Origin: Bacteroidia bacterium
Lineage (GTDB): Bacteria > Bacteroidota > Bacteroidia > Palsa-965
Direction: 5' to 3'
Assembly: GCA_044344795.1 (NCBI GenBank)
Contig: JBIJCF010000002.1
Location: 15,562-79,561, forward strand
DNA length: 64,000 nt
Position 1 is the stretch's first letter. Each line of letters starts with the position of its first letter. The notes beneath the pieces were generated by a model, which was given only the letters and a program-made list of their open reading frames with translations, was not told the origin of the DNA and ran no database searches. The translations under genes and the position numbers were made by a program. Shown piece after piece: positions 20,601 through 30,488 of the stretch.

Positions 20601-21069
20601 TATGAATGAGCAGGGAGAATATCGTGTCGTTAGCGGAGCCTGTTCCGGTACTCAGCATATTGATCAGATTGCCTGTGGAAGCACGCACTGCTGCAATATT
20701 CCTTCTATTCACTCCGTTAATTTGATCAAAACGTCCTCCGATATAAATGGTGTCGCCGTATCGTGCCACCGCATGTACTTCACCTCCGGCATTTACTGCA
20801 ACAGTCCAAGGCAATAGAGCTCCTGTATTTGCAGTAATTGCTGCCAGTCCTTCGCGCATTTGTGATCCTGCAGCACTAAATTTTCCGCCAACGTAAATAG
20901 TATTATGCGTAGAGTCGCCGTACAGCGCTCGCAGGTTGGTCGTATTTACATTTTGTGCAGGGCAAATTCCGCTATTGCATTCCAACAAAGGAAACACAAC
21001 GCCTGACGGAGTTTGTCCGTAGCTAAAACTGCTAATAACCAGCAATAGTGCAAGAATGAATGTCCGCAT
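17677..21069 (-). CDS. Large secreted protein with an N-terminal beta-propeller-like repeat region and a T9SS type-A C-terminal domain
   Basis: Signal peptide MRTFILALLLVISSFSYGQ. Repeats of the form YVGGKF.../IYIGGRF.../LYAGGRF. The C-terminus VYPNPNNGQFNLSVS...GSYVVRVIAEF is a T9SS CTD. 1130 aa. Confidence 0.75.
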   Translation of the reverse strand: MRTFILALLLVISSFSYGQTPSGVVFPLLECNSGICPAQNVNTTNLRALYGDSTHNTIYVGGKFSAAGSQMREGLAAITANTGALLPWTVAVNAGGEVHAVARYGDTIYIGGRFDQINGVNRRNIAAVRASTGNLINMLSTGTGSANDTIFSLLIHNNFLYAGGRFTTIQSTARSNLAQLTFAGSVTTLTSAVNGVIRQLLPGTNQIFARTASTTLPQSRIYKINTTSGSSQIIIQTDPLPDHYFTDFVVRGDTAYVVGSFYMSTNQQTAENFVVVNTINYYKRHVAFSLNVPFEMPNIRVEIELHRDTLLLATFDGNSRLNPGHRLYKCFFRGAALQTIKIYNSNQTAMNSYINNGLMVMNGYLFEAERFTQHGNINTSSTSVRLFSYCLRPQQQPNNFIFPTNTICQGDTGFLQIAPSASYYSYNWICIPSNAATLIPNGPSVEIAVPNSTTGTFAVQVRGVSGCGIVSLSARSYTITVLPKPDADAGVSDSTTCNQPTATLRGSSLTPGVTYSWSGPASSGADTITSGITGTYILLVTAPNGCKNTDSAAIIADTIPPVIQTWTSIPDLTCIVDTVVLDASGLYPNDSISWTSPSLSSFTNPVYAVISDNYLLQITSRRNGCSAFDTLFVDENRVLPSATFTVSNDTLTCAQPNTLLTGSSATTGTTLFWQDTAQTNLGNPANVNTVGAYQLIVTNMINGCVNNSNFAIIEPWFTPPHLNPITSNPTITCSSDSVTLQFASLTQSATCNWTTPSGTYFGFQITTADTGWHYVLVTDSLNGCSRTDSVFVTYLPQLLLTTSNDTVICHASGAVLQSAPIGGTPPFQITWNNNGGNGSPVTVYPNDTLYFTTVVTDNAGCIGTDSVLVTPASPISDSTLSFQPCDPNSAGGEIQVYPYGSVPPYEISIDNGLTWQNNGIFSGLPFGSYSFIVRDSLGCTHTLQADIDSNSLLPAANFIVSTQAQLNDTLVFVDISNPRPDSVSWDFPNTFSIVGGTPNAPYIIAQDTGCFNATMHIWYGTCELTLTKSVCFGAIDSTYADYWNNLGIDTMIVYPNPNNGQFNLSVSLHAKQHFVITVHDASGNERIRIPVAETDTWSGPVAIPNPIPGSYVVRVIAEFDAAELIIVVTQ

Positions 21070-21140
21070 AAAAGAATGCGGAAGTTAGAAAAACCGTGTG
21101 GCAGGATTCGGTAACAAACGGTTAACTTCGGTTTTACGAA

Positions 21141-21761
21141 TTATTCCATAAAACCTTTTCCTTTCAGGATTTTCGGGATGCATTTTTCAATTCTCGCTTC
21201 GCGTGTAGCACTTTGTTTCGCCTGACCAATGTGCAAATAGTAACCGCGTTTTCTTCCGGGAGTTAAGGCTTCGAATGCAGCTTTCAATGTGGGGTCGCTG
21301 TTTAATTTGCGCTCCAATTCTTCTGGTATTTCGTATTCTTCAATAGGTTTGAAATGCACTTTAGTTCCCAAATTCTCTAGTTCTATAGCTTCAAAAAGAT
21401 AAGCGCGGATATCATCTTCCAGTCTGATTATTTCGTTGATATCGGTAAACTTGAATTGTCGTGTAGCTTGCGAGTCTACACCGGGCTGTATCAGCAGTTT
21501 CTTTTCATCACGAAGTAACGCGCCTTTAAAAAAACTCAGTGAGCAAAATTCTTTGAATGCTCCAATAATTACTACATTTTTCTTGTTGTGCGTGTAGCAG
21601 GCAGCGCCCCATTTCAATTCTTCACTGAGGTCACACGAGTTGACAATATCGCGCAGTAACGCCATTTCCGGACGCCAGCGATTGACTTTACACTGCGGTG
21701 TTGCCATCAATTCGCATCGTCCACAACCTTGGTTAAAATAAATGTCAACTTTCGGGTTCAT
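21141..21761 (-). CDS. YdeI/OmpD-associated (DUF1801-like) family protein
   Basis: C-terminal motif AFEALTPGRKRGYYLHIGQAKQSATREARIEKCI resembles the OmdA family. 206 aa. Confidence 0.4.
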   Translation of the reverse strand: MNPKVDIYFNQGCGRCELMATPQCKVNRWRPEMALLRDIVNSCDLSEELKWGAACYTHNKKNVVIIGAFKEFCSLSFFKGALLRDEKKLLIQPGVDSQATRQFKFTDINEIIRLEDDIRAYLFEAIELENLGTKVHFKPIEEYEIPEELERKLNSDPTLKAAFEALTPGRKRGYYLHIGQAKQSATREARIEKCIPKILKGKGFME

Positions 21762-22052
21762 GGTTGTTGCAAAATTGTTTTCAGTTTATGCCATTCAATT
21801 TGAAGTCTTTTGAAAAATATCATCGTGATATTAAATGTTGCAAACCAAATTTACAAAATGTAAGCACCTAACTTGAATGTTGAATTTTGTATGATATAAT
21901 GAGGAGCGCATCTGTTTAGCTTCAAAATATCCGGTCTCCCGCTTTCGCGCTTTCACTTGCGTTTCGCACTCAATCGGGGCTAGCAAATTCCGACAACGCA
22001 TTACAACTTCGGGCGTACGTTGTAGCTCAATGATGTGGCTTGAGGTTAGTGG

Positions 22053-22087
22053 AAATAAAAAATCCCGTCATGCAACGGGACTTTTTA
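22053..22087 (-). terminator. Rho-independent terminator downstream of frr
   Basis: Hairpin tcccgt-catgca-acggga with an A-run on one side and a T-run on the other. Confidence 0.6.
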
Positions 22088-22107
22088 GTTGATATATCAA
22101 TGAGTAG

Positions 22108-22671
22108 TTAAACTGTCATGATTTCTTTTTCTTTAGCTTCCAGGTGTTTATCTACCTTTGCGCTGTAAGTATCTGTTAACGTTTGTACTTTCGCTTCAGC
22201 TTCTTTCCCTTCATCCTCAGGAAGTCCGGCCTTGATCAATTTTTTGATTTCTTCGTTTGCATCACGGCGCGCATTACGCACACTCACCTTGGCGTGTTCG
22301 CCCTCTTCTTTCGATTTCTTGACCAATTGTTTACGACGTTCTTCCGTCATCGGAGGAATAGAACAAATGATTACCGTTCCGTTATTGCTTGGTGTGAAGC
22401 CCAAATTCGCCGCAAGAATTGCGCGCATCAACGGATCGAGCATTGATTTTTCCCATGGTTGAATGGAAATGGTGCGAGCATCAGGAGTGTTAACATTGGC
22501 AACCTGACTGAGTGGAGTCATGGAGCCGTAATAATCAACCAAAACACCTTCAACCATTGAAGCACTCGCACGACCGCCACGAATTTTGGTCAATTCCACT
22601 TCCAAGTGGTTTACAGCATCGGACATCGACTCTTCCGTGGTATCTAAAATCAATTGAACTTCTTCATTCAT
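22108..22671 (-). CDS. frr: Ribosome recycling factor
   Basis: 187 aa. Conserved RRF sequence (EVELTKIRGGRASASMVEG..., VRNARRDANE). Confidence 0.9.
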   Translation of the reverse strand: MNEEVQLILDTTEESMSDAVNHLEVELTKIRGGRASASMVEGVLVDYYGSMTPLSQVANVNTPDARTISIQPWEKSMLDPLMRAILAANLGFTPSNNGTVIICSIPPMTEERRKQLVKKSKEEGEHAKVSVRNARRDANEEIKKLIKAGLPEDEGKEAEAKVQTLTDTYSAKVDKHLEAKEKEIMTV

Positions 22672-22714
22672 AATAAAACGTTTTACGGTTTTAAAGTTAA
22701 CAAATAGCAGCAGG

Positions 22715-23425
22715 TTATTTCAATTCCACAATTGTTCCAACAGCCTCTCCGTTTACTACGCGTAACAAATTGCCCTTTGCATTCATATCAAATACGATGA
22801 TGGGCAAATTGTTTTCTTTACACAGTGTAAAAGCAGTTAAATCCATTACGTTCAGATTTTTCTCATACGCTTCATCGAACGTAATTCGCTCGTACTTCGT
22901 TGCTGTTTTATCTTTCTCCGGATCGGCCGTGTATATGCCATCTACGCGAGTTCCTTTAAGTACAACATTAGCTTCAATTTCAACCGCGCGTAATGTTGCA
23001 GCAGTATCAGTGGTGAAATACGGATTACCTGTGCCGGCACCAAATATTACAACACGGCTTTTTTCAAGGTGGCGTACGGCACGTCTGCGAATAAACGGTT
23101 CGCTGATTTGGCGCATTTCAATTGCAGACTGCAGTCGTGTAGGAACTCCTGCTTTCTCTAAAGCAGATTGCAACGCAAGGCTGTTAATCATTGTTGCCAA
23201 CATGCCCATATAGTCTCCTTGCACACGATCGATGCCGCCTTTTTCCGCTTGTATACCACGGAAAATATTTCCACCACCAATAACAATTGCAACCTGTGCG
23301 CCGGCATCAACAATCGTTTTTATTTCCGCTGCGTATTGTGTAAGCAGATCGTTGTCAATGCCATACTGTTTCGATCCCATAAGCGCTTCACCGCTTAACT
23401 TCAATAGAACTCTTTTGTACTTCAT
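22715..23425 (-). CDS. pyrH: UMP kinase
   Basis: [17 protein letters not shown]... and the amino-acid-kinase fold. 236 aa. Confidence 0.9.
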   Translation of the reverse strand: MKYKRVLLKLSGEALMGSKQYGIDNDLLTQYAAEIKTIVDAGAQVAIVIGGGNIFRGIQAEKGGIDRVQGDYMGMLATMINSLALQSALEKAGVPTRLQSAIEMRQISEPFIRRRAVRHLEKSRVVIFGAGTGNPYFTTDTAATLRAVEIEANVVLKGTRVDGIYTADPEKDKTATKYERITFDEAYEKNLNVMDLTAFTLCKENNLPIIVFDMNAKGNLLRVVNGEAVGTIVELK

Positions 23426-23442
23426 GCCGTTGGTATTTGGTC

Positions 23443-23469
23443 AAAAAAAATCCCTCCGAATGGGAGGGA
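23443..23469 (-). terminator. Terminator or attenuator hairpin between tsf and pyrH
   Basis: tccctcc-gaatg-ggaggga, with TTTTTTTT on the minus strand. Confidence 0.5.
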
Positions 23470-23488
23470 TAAATTATGTAATAATTAA

Positions 23489-24310
23489 TTATCCGAGAGC
23501 GATACGCTTGAAGCCGGTGATTTTAGCTTCTTTGTCTGCATCTGCAAGATATTGAGCGACTGTTTTCTTTCCGTCTTTAATGAACTCTTGGTTAACCAAA
23601 GTAGATTCTTTGTAGAATTTGTTGATTTTGCCCTGAGCGATCTTCTCTACCATATCTTCAGGCTTACCTTCAGCACGAATTAGTTCGCGGGCGATTTCCA
23701 ACTCACGGTTCAATATTTCCTGATCAACATCGTCTTTATCAACCGCTACAGGAGCCATTGCAGCAACCTGCATAGCAATATCCTTAGCAACGTTTTCAGG
23801 AACTACTTTTGAAAAACCAACGATGCAAGCCAATTTGTTGCCGGGGTGGTTATATGCGATAACCATTCCTGCCTCGTGTTGCTCGTAACCGGACAATTCG
23901 ATCTTCTCACCGATCTTGCCAACCATTTCGATAACCTTTTCACCGATTGAGACACCTTCGTATGGCAATGCTACCAAAGCAGCTAAATCAGACGGTTTGT
24001 TGTTCAACGCAATCTCAGCAAATGCATTAGCTGTCTTATCAAAATCTTCGTTTTTAGCAACGAAATCAGTTTCGCAGTTCAGAACAGTTACAATTCCACG
24101 TGTTCCGTTTGATTTAGCAATAACTAGACCTTCTTTAGCATCACGTTCGCTACGGTTAGCGGCAACTTTTTGACCTTTCTTACGCAGAATGTCAACAGCT
24201 GCTTCGAAATCACCATTAGCTTCGGTCAACGCTTTTTTGCAATCCATCATACCGGCACCTGTCATGGTGCGCAGTTTATTTACATCTGAAGCAGTGATAG
24301 TAACTGACAT
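23489..24310 (-). CDS. tsf: Elongation factor Ts
   Basis: N-terminal UBA-like segment LRTMTGAGMMDCKKALTEANGDFEAAVDILRKKG. 273 aa. Confidence 0.9.
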   Translation of the reverse strand: MSVTITASDVNKLRTMTGAGMMDCKKALTEANGDFEAAVDILRKKGQKVAANRSERDAKEGLVIAKSNGTRGIVTVLNCETDFVAKNEDFDKTANAFAEIALNNKPSDLAALVALPYEGVSIGEKVIEMVGKIGEKIELSGYEQHEAGMVIAYNHPGNKLACIVGFSKVVPENVAKDIAMQVAAMAPVAVDKDDVDQEILNRELEIARELIRAEGKPEDMVEKIAQGKINKFYKESTLVNQEFIKDGKKTVAQYLADADKEAKITGFKRIALG

Positions 24311-24344
24311 GATAATGTTGTGTTCGAATTAATACTAAAATCTA

Positions 24345-25211
24345 TTAAGCGCGACTTGGTCTGCGAGCTCCGCCTTTAGAAGCAGGGCCTTTGGAAGCAG
24401 GACCTTTAGAGGCCGGACGCTTTTTGCGCTCACCGCCATCTTCAGCGTCAACGTCAAACTTGCTCTTGCGAACTCCGTCTTCGTTGAATTCTTCGCCGTC
24501 CTCTTCACCTTTATCTTTATCATTCTTGCGCTCTTCCAAACCTTCAGCAATCGCTTGATTCACGATATCTATGATCAACTTCACAGAAGTAGAAGCGTCG
24601 TCGTTAGCAGGAATTGCATAATCAACTTCGTTTGGATTCGAGTTGGTATCAACAATAGCAAACGTTGGGATACCCAGGCGATGCGCTTCCGCAACAGCGA
24701 TATGTTCTTTAACGATATCAACGATAAACAATGCAGCCGGCAAACGATTAAGATCGGCAATAGATCCTAATTGATGCTCCAACTTTGCACGCTCACGAGA
24801 CAACATTAACTTTTCTTTCTTGGAAAGGTTGTCGAAAGTGCCGTCAACAGCCATTTTGTCGATTGACGCCATTTTGCGAACTGCCTTACGGATAGTTGCA
24901 AAGTTGGTCAACATTCCACCGGGCCAACGTTCAGTAACGTAAGGCATATTCACCTTCTTAACTGATTCAGCAACGATATCTTTTGCCTGCTTTTTAGTAG
25001 CAACGAACAAAATTTTCTTGCCTGAGCGAGCGATAGCCTTCAATGCGTTGCACGCATCGTCCAACTTCACAACAGTTTTGTTCAGGTCAATGATGTGGAT
25101 ACCGTTCTTCTCAGTGAAGATATACGGAGCCATTGCAGGATTCCACTTGCGTTTCAGGTGGCCAAAATGTGCACCTGCTTCTAGTAATTCGTTGAACGAT
25201 GTTCTTGACAT
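24345..25211 (-). CDS. rpsB: 30S ribosomal protein S2 with a charged C-terminal extension
   Basis: [13 protein letters not shown], and the tail ...[25 protein letters not shown]. Confidence 0.9.
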   Translation of the reverse strand: MSRTSFNELLEAGAHFGHLKRKWNPAMAPYIFTEKNGIHIIDLNKTVVKLDDACNALKAIARSGKKILFVATKKQAKDIVAESVKKVNMPYVTERWPGGMLTNFATIRKAVRKMASIDKMAVDGTFDNLSKKEKLMLSRERAKLEHQLGSIADLNRLPAALFIVDIVKEHIAVAEAHRLGIPTFAIVDTNSNPNEVDYAIPANDDASTSVKLIIDIVNQAIAEGLEERKNDKDKGEEDGEEFNEDGVRKSKFDVDAEDGGERKKRPASKGPASKGPASKGGARRPSRA

Positions 25212-25243
25212 GTACTTCGACGCTATAAATTGAATAATCTGGA

Positions 25244-25630
25244 TTAACGTTTGCTGAACTGGAAGCGACGACGTGCTTTACGACGACCGAACTTCTTACG
25301 TTCAACCATTCTTGGATCGCGAGTCATGAGACCTTCTGCGCGTAATTTGGCCTTAAGTTGCTCATCGTTGTCAACCAATGCACGAGCAATGCCCAAACGG
25401 ATTGCTTCCGCCTGGCCATTCATTCCGCCACCGCTAACATTGATGGTAACATCGTACTGACCGAGTGTATCGGTAGTAGCAAATGCCTGCAACACTTTAT
25501 TTTGTAATACTTCTGTGGAGAAGTAGTTTTTTAAATCACGGTTGTTGATGATTACGTTACCGTTGCCACGCTCCATGTAAACTCGAGCTACAGCGGTTTT
25601 ACGACGGCCGATTGTATTCGTAACTTCCAT
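25244..25630 (-). CDS. rpsI: 30S ribosomal protein S9
   Basis: C-terminus ...[14 protein letters not shown]. 128 aa. Confidence 0.9.
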   Translation of the reverse strand: MEVTNTIGRRKTAVARVYMERGNGNVIINNRDLKNYFSTEVLQNKVLQAFATTDTLGQYDVTINVSGGGMNGQAEAIRLGIARALVDNDEQLKAKLRAEGLMTRDPRMVERKKFGRRKARRRFQFSKR

Positions 25631-26094
25631 TATTGACGTTCTTTAACTGTGTTCAAATCTACTGTTGCAGGATTCTGTGCTTCGTGCTTATGTTCAGTAC
25701 CCGCATAAACGAATACATTACGACGCAGACGATCACCCAACTTTGTTTTCGGTAACATACGCCCGATAGCCAATTCTAATACCTTTTCAGGCTTAGTAGC
25801 CAGAAGTTCGCGAGGAGTAGCAAAACGCTGGCCGCCCGGATAGCCCGTGTGCCGCGTGTACACCTTGTCGTTCAGCTTGCTTCCAGTGAAGCGCACCTTA
25901 TCGGCGTTGATGATAATTACGTTATCTCCACAATCAACGTGCGGAGTGTAATTGGTTTTGTGCTTACCTCTAACAAGGTATGCAACTTTAGATGCTAAGC
26001 GACCGACTGTTTCGTTCTCGGCGTCAACCAGCAACCAATTTTTCTGTACCGTAGCTTTGTTAGCTGAAACGGTTTTGTAGGATAAAGTATCCAC
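25630..26094 (-). CDS. rplM: 50S ribosomal protein L13
   Basis: Conserved L13 N-terminus (KTVSANKATVQKNWLLVDAENETVGRLAS). 154 aa. Confidence 0.9.
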   Translation of the reverse strand: MDTLSYKTVSANKATVQKNWLLVDAENETVGRLASKVAYLVRGKHKTNYTPHVDCGDNVIIINADKVRFTGSKLNDKVYTRHTGYPGGQRFATPRELLATKPEKVLELAIGRMLPKTKLGDRLRRNVFVYAGTEHKHEAQNPATVDLNTVKERQ

Positions 26095-26439
26095 GAGCCT
26101 TATAATTGAATAGTTCTACTAATGCAGATTGTCCCTTCTAACGGGGGTGCGAAGATAAGCAGAAAATTACTTCCACCAAATTTATCGACAAATAAATTGT
26201 GCAAAAGATGTTTGGGAAAGGAAGGTGCATTGGGAAATTGGTGTAAGGCGGGGTGTAAATGATTGAAAAACAACAAAATGGATCTGTGGCGCTATTTGGC
26301 AAATGTATAGTATTTTCTCGGTTTGTTTGTGGATTGTATCGACCAATGATGTGTTAGAAGGAGTAAGGGTGGGTATTTGTTGCCGTAATACGCTGAAGGT
26401 TTTTAAAAACTTCAACGTATATGAAGAATTGGCAGTGCT

Positions 26440-26693
26440 TAATTGACTAGATAATTATTATTAAGTAATCTATCGCCAAAAGAAGTGTTTAGATCCATTC
26501 GGAATCTTGTCCAGCCGAACATTTGTCCATTCCATCGGGAAGTAGCGTTTGTCGTTGCAAGGTAAATCTGTTTGATAATTGCGTATTCAGAACTGATCGC
26601 TCCTTTCGTTTTGTTGGCTTTGCGCACCATGCGATGATAGCTTTCAATCGGATTGGTTGTGTAAATAATCTTGCGGAAGGTTCTGCGGGTAAT
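26440..26693 (-). mobile_element. Remnant (C-terminal ~80 codons) of an IS256-family transposase gene
   Basis: Minus-strand translation ...TRRTFRKIIYTTNPIESYHRMVRKANKTKGAISSEYAIIKQIYLATTNATSRWNGQMFGWTRFRMDLNTSFGDRL matches the conserved IS256 C-terminal block (IYTTNAIES..RK..K.RG.F......K.IYLA...SKKW..P...W......F...FGDRL). An in-frame stop lies just upstream, so the transposase is truncated. Confidence 0.7.
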
Positions 26694-26838
26694 TTAAAGA
26701 AGTGAGTTAACCTGTCTCAGTTTCTTTTGCAGCTTTTAAAAACTGCAGCTGAAGGAAGAAATGGAAATAAGGCAAAAGCAGAAGAGCCGCATATTCAAAT
26801 AATGAAACGCGGCTCTTGATGTTAAAACGAATATACAG

Positions 26839-28026
26839 TTACTTGATAACGCCCAGTTGTTTTCCTATTTTTTCGAAAGCGGTGATTGCCTTGTCCAGAT
26901 GCTCCTGTTCATGTGCCGCACTGAGTTGCACTCGAATTCGTGCTTGTTCTTTTGGAACTACCGGATAGAAGAATCCGATCACATAAATGTCTTCTTCTAA
27001 TAGTCGTGCAGCAAACTCTTGCGCCAATTTTGCGTCGTATAGCATCACAGGTACAATTGCGGAATCACCTTTTTTGTATTCCAATCCAATACGATCCATG
27101 CCGGCTTTGAAATACTTGACATTATTCTCAAGTTTATCGCGCAATGCCGTGGTTTCACTTAACATATCAAACACCGCAATCGAAGCACCAACTATTGCAG
27201 GAGCCAAGCTGTTGGAGAATAAATACGGACGTGAACGTTGACGTAACATTTCGATAATTTCCTTTTTGCCTGTTGTAAATCCGCCCATTGCACCACCAAG
27301 AGCTTTTCCTAATGTGCCGGTGATGATATCTACCCGACCCATGGCATTTGCTGCTTCAACACTTCCTCTTCCTGTTTTACCGATAAATCCTGTAGCGTGC
27401 GATTCATCAACCATCACCAGCGCATTGTACTTATCTGCCAGATCACAAATTTTATCAATTGGTGCAACGAAACCATCCATGGAGAAGACGCCGTCTGTTA
27501 CGATGATTTTGAAACGCGCACCCTCTGCGGCTTTTAACTGCGCCTCCAAATCATTCATGTCGCAGTTTTTATAACGAAAACGTTTGGCCTTGCACAAGCG
27601 AACACCGTCAATAATAGAGGCGTGATTCAACTCATCTGAAATGATTGCATCTTCTTCTCCGAAAAGAGGCTCGAATACACCGCCGTTGGCATCAAAACAC
27701 GCCGCATAAAGTATGGTATCTTCTGTGCCATGAAAAGTTGCAATTTTCTCCTCCAGCGTTTTGTGAATGTCTTGTGTCCCGCAAATAAAACGAACAGAGG
27801 ACATGCCGTACCCATGTTGGTCTAATGTTGCATGGGCAGCTTGTATTACTCTTGGATGAGATGACAAACCAAGATAGTTGTTCGCACAAAAGATAATTAC
27901 ATCTTTGCCGTTTACTTTCACAACAGCATCTTGTGCTGTTGTAATGACACGTTCTCTTTTGAACAAACCGGCTTCTTCAATTGACTGAAGTTCACGTTGC
28001 AGAAATTCGCGGAAATTACCGTACAT
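26839..28026 (-). CDS. kbl: Glycine C-acetyltransferase (2-amino-3-ketobutyrate CoA ligase)
   Basis: Near-colinear with E. coli Kbl ([40 protein letters not shown]). Start taken at the internal Met MYGNFREFL; the track ORF extends to 28083. Confidence 0.85.
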   Translation of the reverse strand: MYGNFREFLQRELQSIEEAGLFKRERVITTAQDAVVKVNGKDVIIFCANNYLGLSSHPRVIQAAHATLDQHGYGMSSVRFICGTQDIHKTLEEKIATFHGTEDTILYAACFDANGGVFEPLFGEEDAIISDELNHASIIDGVRLCKAKRFRYKNCDMNDLEAQLKAAEGARFKIIVTDGVFSMDGFVAPIDKICDLADKYNALVMVDESHATGFIGKTGRGSVEAANAMGRVDIITGTLGKALGGAMGGFTTGKKEIIEMLRQRSRPYLFSNSLAPAIVGASIAVFDMLSETTALRDKLENNVKYFKAGMDRIGLEYKKGDSAIVPVMLYDAKLAQEFAARLLEEDIYVIGFFYPVVPKEQARIRVQLSAAHEQEHLDKAITAFEKIGKQLGVIK

Positions 28027-28149
28027 AAATTGTGGTATAATTTGAATGAATAGAGCGACAAATTTAGGCATAAACCTACTCATTGTCCTGCAATATTTAT
28101 TGTTTGTCTTAGCGGGTAAACAACTAAATTCGAACCAAATTCAAATTTC

Positions 28150-29310
28150 ATGCAGAAGAAAATTATGCTCCTCGGTTCCGGGGAATTGGGAAAAGAGTTT
28201 GTTATTGCGGCTAAACGATTGGGACATTACGTAATTGCTGTTGACTCCTACGATAACGCTCCGGCACAGCAAGTGGCGGACACCCGGGAAGTTATTAATA
28301 TGTTGGACGGTGACGCACTGGATGCAATTGTAGCAAAACACAATCCTGATTTTATCGTTCCGGAAATTGAAGCGATAAGAACAGAACGTTTTTATAGTTA
28401 CGAGTCGCAAGGAGTTACGGTTGTTCCCAGTGCGAAGGCCGCAAATTTTACCATGAATAGAAAAGCTATTCGTGATCTCGCTGCTAAGGATCTGAAGTTG
28501 CGAACTGCAAAATTTGAATATGCTACCACAATAGAAGCTTTTTCAAATGCTATACATCGAATAGGAATTCCTTGTGTGGTGAAACCATTGATGTCATCAT
28601 CGGGCAAAGGACAATCAGTTGTTCGCTCCGAAAGCGAAATAGAGAAAGCATGGAAGTATGCAATTGAAGGCTCGCGCGGTGATGTGTTGGAAGTAATTAT
28701 TGAAGAATTTATTCCGTTCGATTCAGAGATAACGTTATTAACGATCACTCAAAAGAACGGAGAAACTTTGTTTTGTCCTCCAATCGGACATCGTCAGGAG
28801 CGAGGTGATTACCAGGAAAGTTGGATGCCACATCCTATGAAAGAGGAGGATATTCTTGAGGCACAGCGCATGGCTGCCGAAGTAACTAAAGCACTTGGCG
28901 GACAAGGAATTTGGGGCGTGGAGTTTTTCTTGACAAAGAATGGCGTTTATTTTTCAGAGCTTTCACCACGACCACATGATACCGGAATGGTGACACTTGC
29001 GCCTGCATTGCCCTTGAACGAATTCGAATTACATCTTCGCGCAATTTTGGGTTTACCTATTCCGGAGTTGAAATTGCAAAACACCGCTGCAAGTGCGGTT
29101 GTTTTAGCTTCTGCAGAAGGAACTCCCAAGGTGCAAGGCGTAGAAAAAGCATTGCAAAAAAATAATGTAGACGTGAAGGTGTTTGGAAAACCTACAGCCC
29201 GACCTTATCGCAGAATGGCTGTGGCGTTGGCTTGGGCAAAAGATAATGCTGAGCTAAAAGAAGTTGTTGATCGCGCAAAAGAAGTAGCTTCGTGCATTTC
29301 TCTACACTAG
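28150..29310 (+). CDS. purT: Formate-dependent phosphoribosylglycinamide formyltransferase
   Basis: ATP-grasp protein with [11 protein letters not shown]. 386 aa. Characteristic PurT. Confidence 0.85.
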   Translation: MQKKIMLLGSGELGKEFVIAAKRLGHYVIAVDSYDNAPAQQVADTREVINMLDGDALDAIVAKHNPDFIVPEIEAIRTERFYSYESQGVTVVPSAKAANFTMNRKAIRDLAAKDLKLRTAKFEYATTIEAFSNAIHRIGIPCVVKPLMSSSGKGQSVVRSESEIEKAWKYAIEGSRGDVLEVIIEEFIPFDSEITLLTITQKNGETLFCPPIGHRQERGDYQESWMPHPMKEEDILEAQRMAAEVTKALGGQGIWGVEFFLTKNGVYFSELSPRPHDTGMVTLAPALPLNEFELHLRAILGLPIPELKLQNTAASAVVLASAEGTPKVQGVEKALQKNNVDVKVFGKPTARPYRRMAVALAWAKDNAELKEVVDRAKEVASCISLH

Positions 29311-30407
29311 GCACTGCGATACATTTTGCCGGGTAATGATTTAACGGCGCCTTGGATTTCTAATTGCAGCAAGATGGTCGAAATTTTTCCAAGACTCCAT
29401 CCTAAACTGTGCGTGAGTTCATCAATGTGCACGTTGGCATTGTCCCGCAATAAATGGAGTATGGAGAGTTCATCTTCTGTATGCACAGCTTGAAGTTGAC
29501 TCACTTTTTTTGCCGCCTTTCCTGTCGAACTCCAGTCCATGGCATGCAACAAATCGGCTGCAGATTCAATCAGCGCAGCTTTGTGTGTTTTGATTAAGTG
29601 ATTACATCCGGAAGAATATTTTCTTCCTACAGCGCCCGGAAATGTAAACACATCACGGTTGTAATTCGACGCATATTCGGCTGTAATCATTGATCCTCCG
29701 CTAATGCCAGACTCTACAACTAAAACAGCATGGCACATTCCCGCAACAATTCTGTTTCGCATCGGAAAGTGCTCTTTGTCGGCCCGTATTCCACTCGGAT
29801 ACTCTGTGTATAGCGCACCGACGGCTGTCATCTTTTTTGCCAAATTTCGATGTGCTGCCGGATACATGGTGTCTAATCCGTGACCAAGAACCCCAATCGT
29901 GGGTAAGTTAAATTCAAGTGCAAGTTCATGTGCCTCGGCATCAACACCGTGCGCCAGCCCGCTAACAATAATGACATTGATGTTTTCAATATCTTCAATA
30001 AAACGTCGCAGTAATTTTTTGCCATAATCAGTAATTTTTCTGGTGCCGATTATAGCAATCAACTTTTGATCGTCCATGCGGCAATGGCCTTGTGAATACA
30101 ACAGCGCTGGACTATCGTAACATTGCTTGAGCAAAGAAGGATAATCCGGGTCCGTAAAGAAATGTGCGTGTACATGGTGCTTTTCCATAAACGCAAGTTC
30201 TTTTTCAGCTTGAGTCAACGCGTGATCGCGATTCATTTTACTGCTGATCATTTTCCCGATTCCCGGTATCTTTTGAAGATTACGAACCTTCTCTGAAAAA
30301 ACAGCCTCAGGACTTCCAATATGGGAGATTAATTTCTTGGTAAGAATTGGTCCGATGGACGGAATTCGGGTTACAGCGATTTTATACAGGGTTTCGTCGG
30401 AACTCAT
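29307..30407 (-). CDS. dprA: DNA-processing protein DprA/Smf
   Basis: [15 protein letters not shown] and the Rossmann-like DprA domain. 366 aa. Confidence 0.8.
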   Translation of the reverse strand: MSSDETLYKIAVTRIPSIGPILTKKLISHIGSPEAVFSEKVRNLQKIPGIGKMISSKMNRDHALTQAEKELAFMEKHHVHAHFFTDPDYPSLLKQCYDSPALLYSQGHCRMDDQKLIAIIGTRKITDYGKKLLRRFIEDIENINVIIVSGLAHGVDAEAHELALEFNLPTIGVLGHGLDTMYPAAHRNLAKKMTAVGALYTEYPSGIRADKEHFPMRNRIVAGMCHAVLVVESGISGGSMITAEYASNYNRDVFTFPGAVGRKYSSGCNHLIKTHKAALIESAADLLHAMDWSSTGKAAKKVSQLQAVHTEDELSILHLLRDNANVHIDELTHSLGWSLGKISTILLQLEIQGAVKSLPGKMYRSA

Positions 30408-30488
30408 ATTGTACGTACAATTCTTTTCAATTACATTGCAAATTCAAAAACAAAAAATAACATCAATAGCAGTTCAAATTTAGAGGAT

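Noticed and set aside
24335-24550. 71-aa minus-strand ORF
   Set aside because: It overlaps the 3' end of rpsB in another frame and shows no independent signal.
26439-26630. 63-aa ORF called as a stand-alone gene
   Set aside because: It is reinterpreted as the tail of a truncated IS256-family transposase. The homology continues upstream of its ATG to an in-frame stop, so it is not an independent gene.
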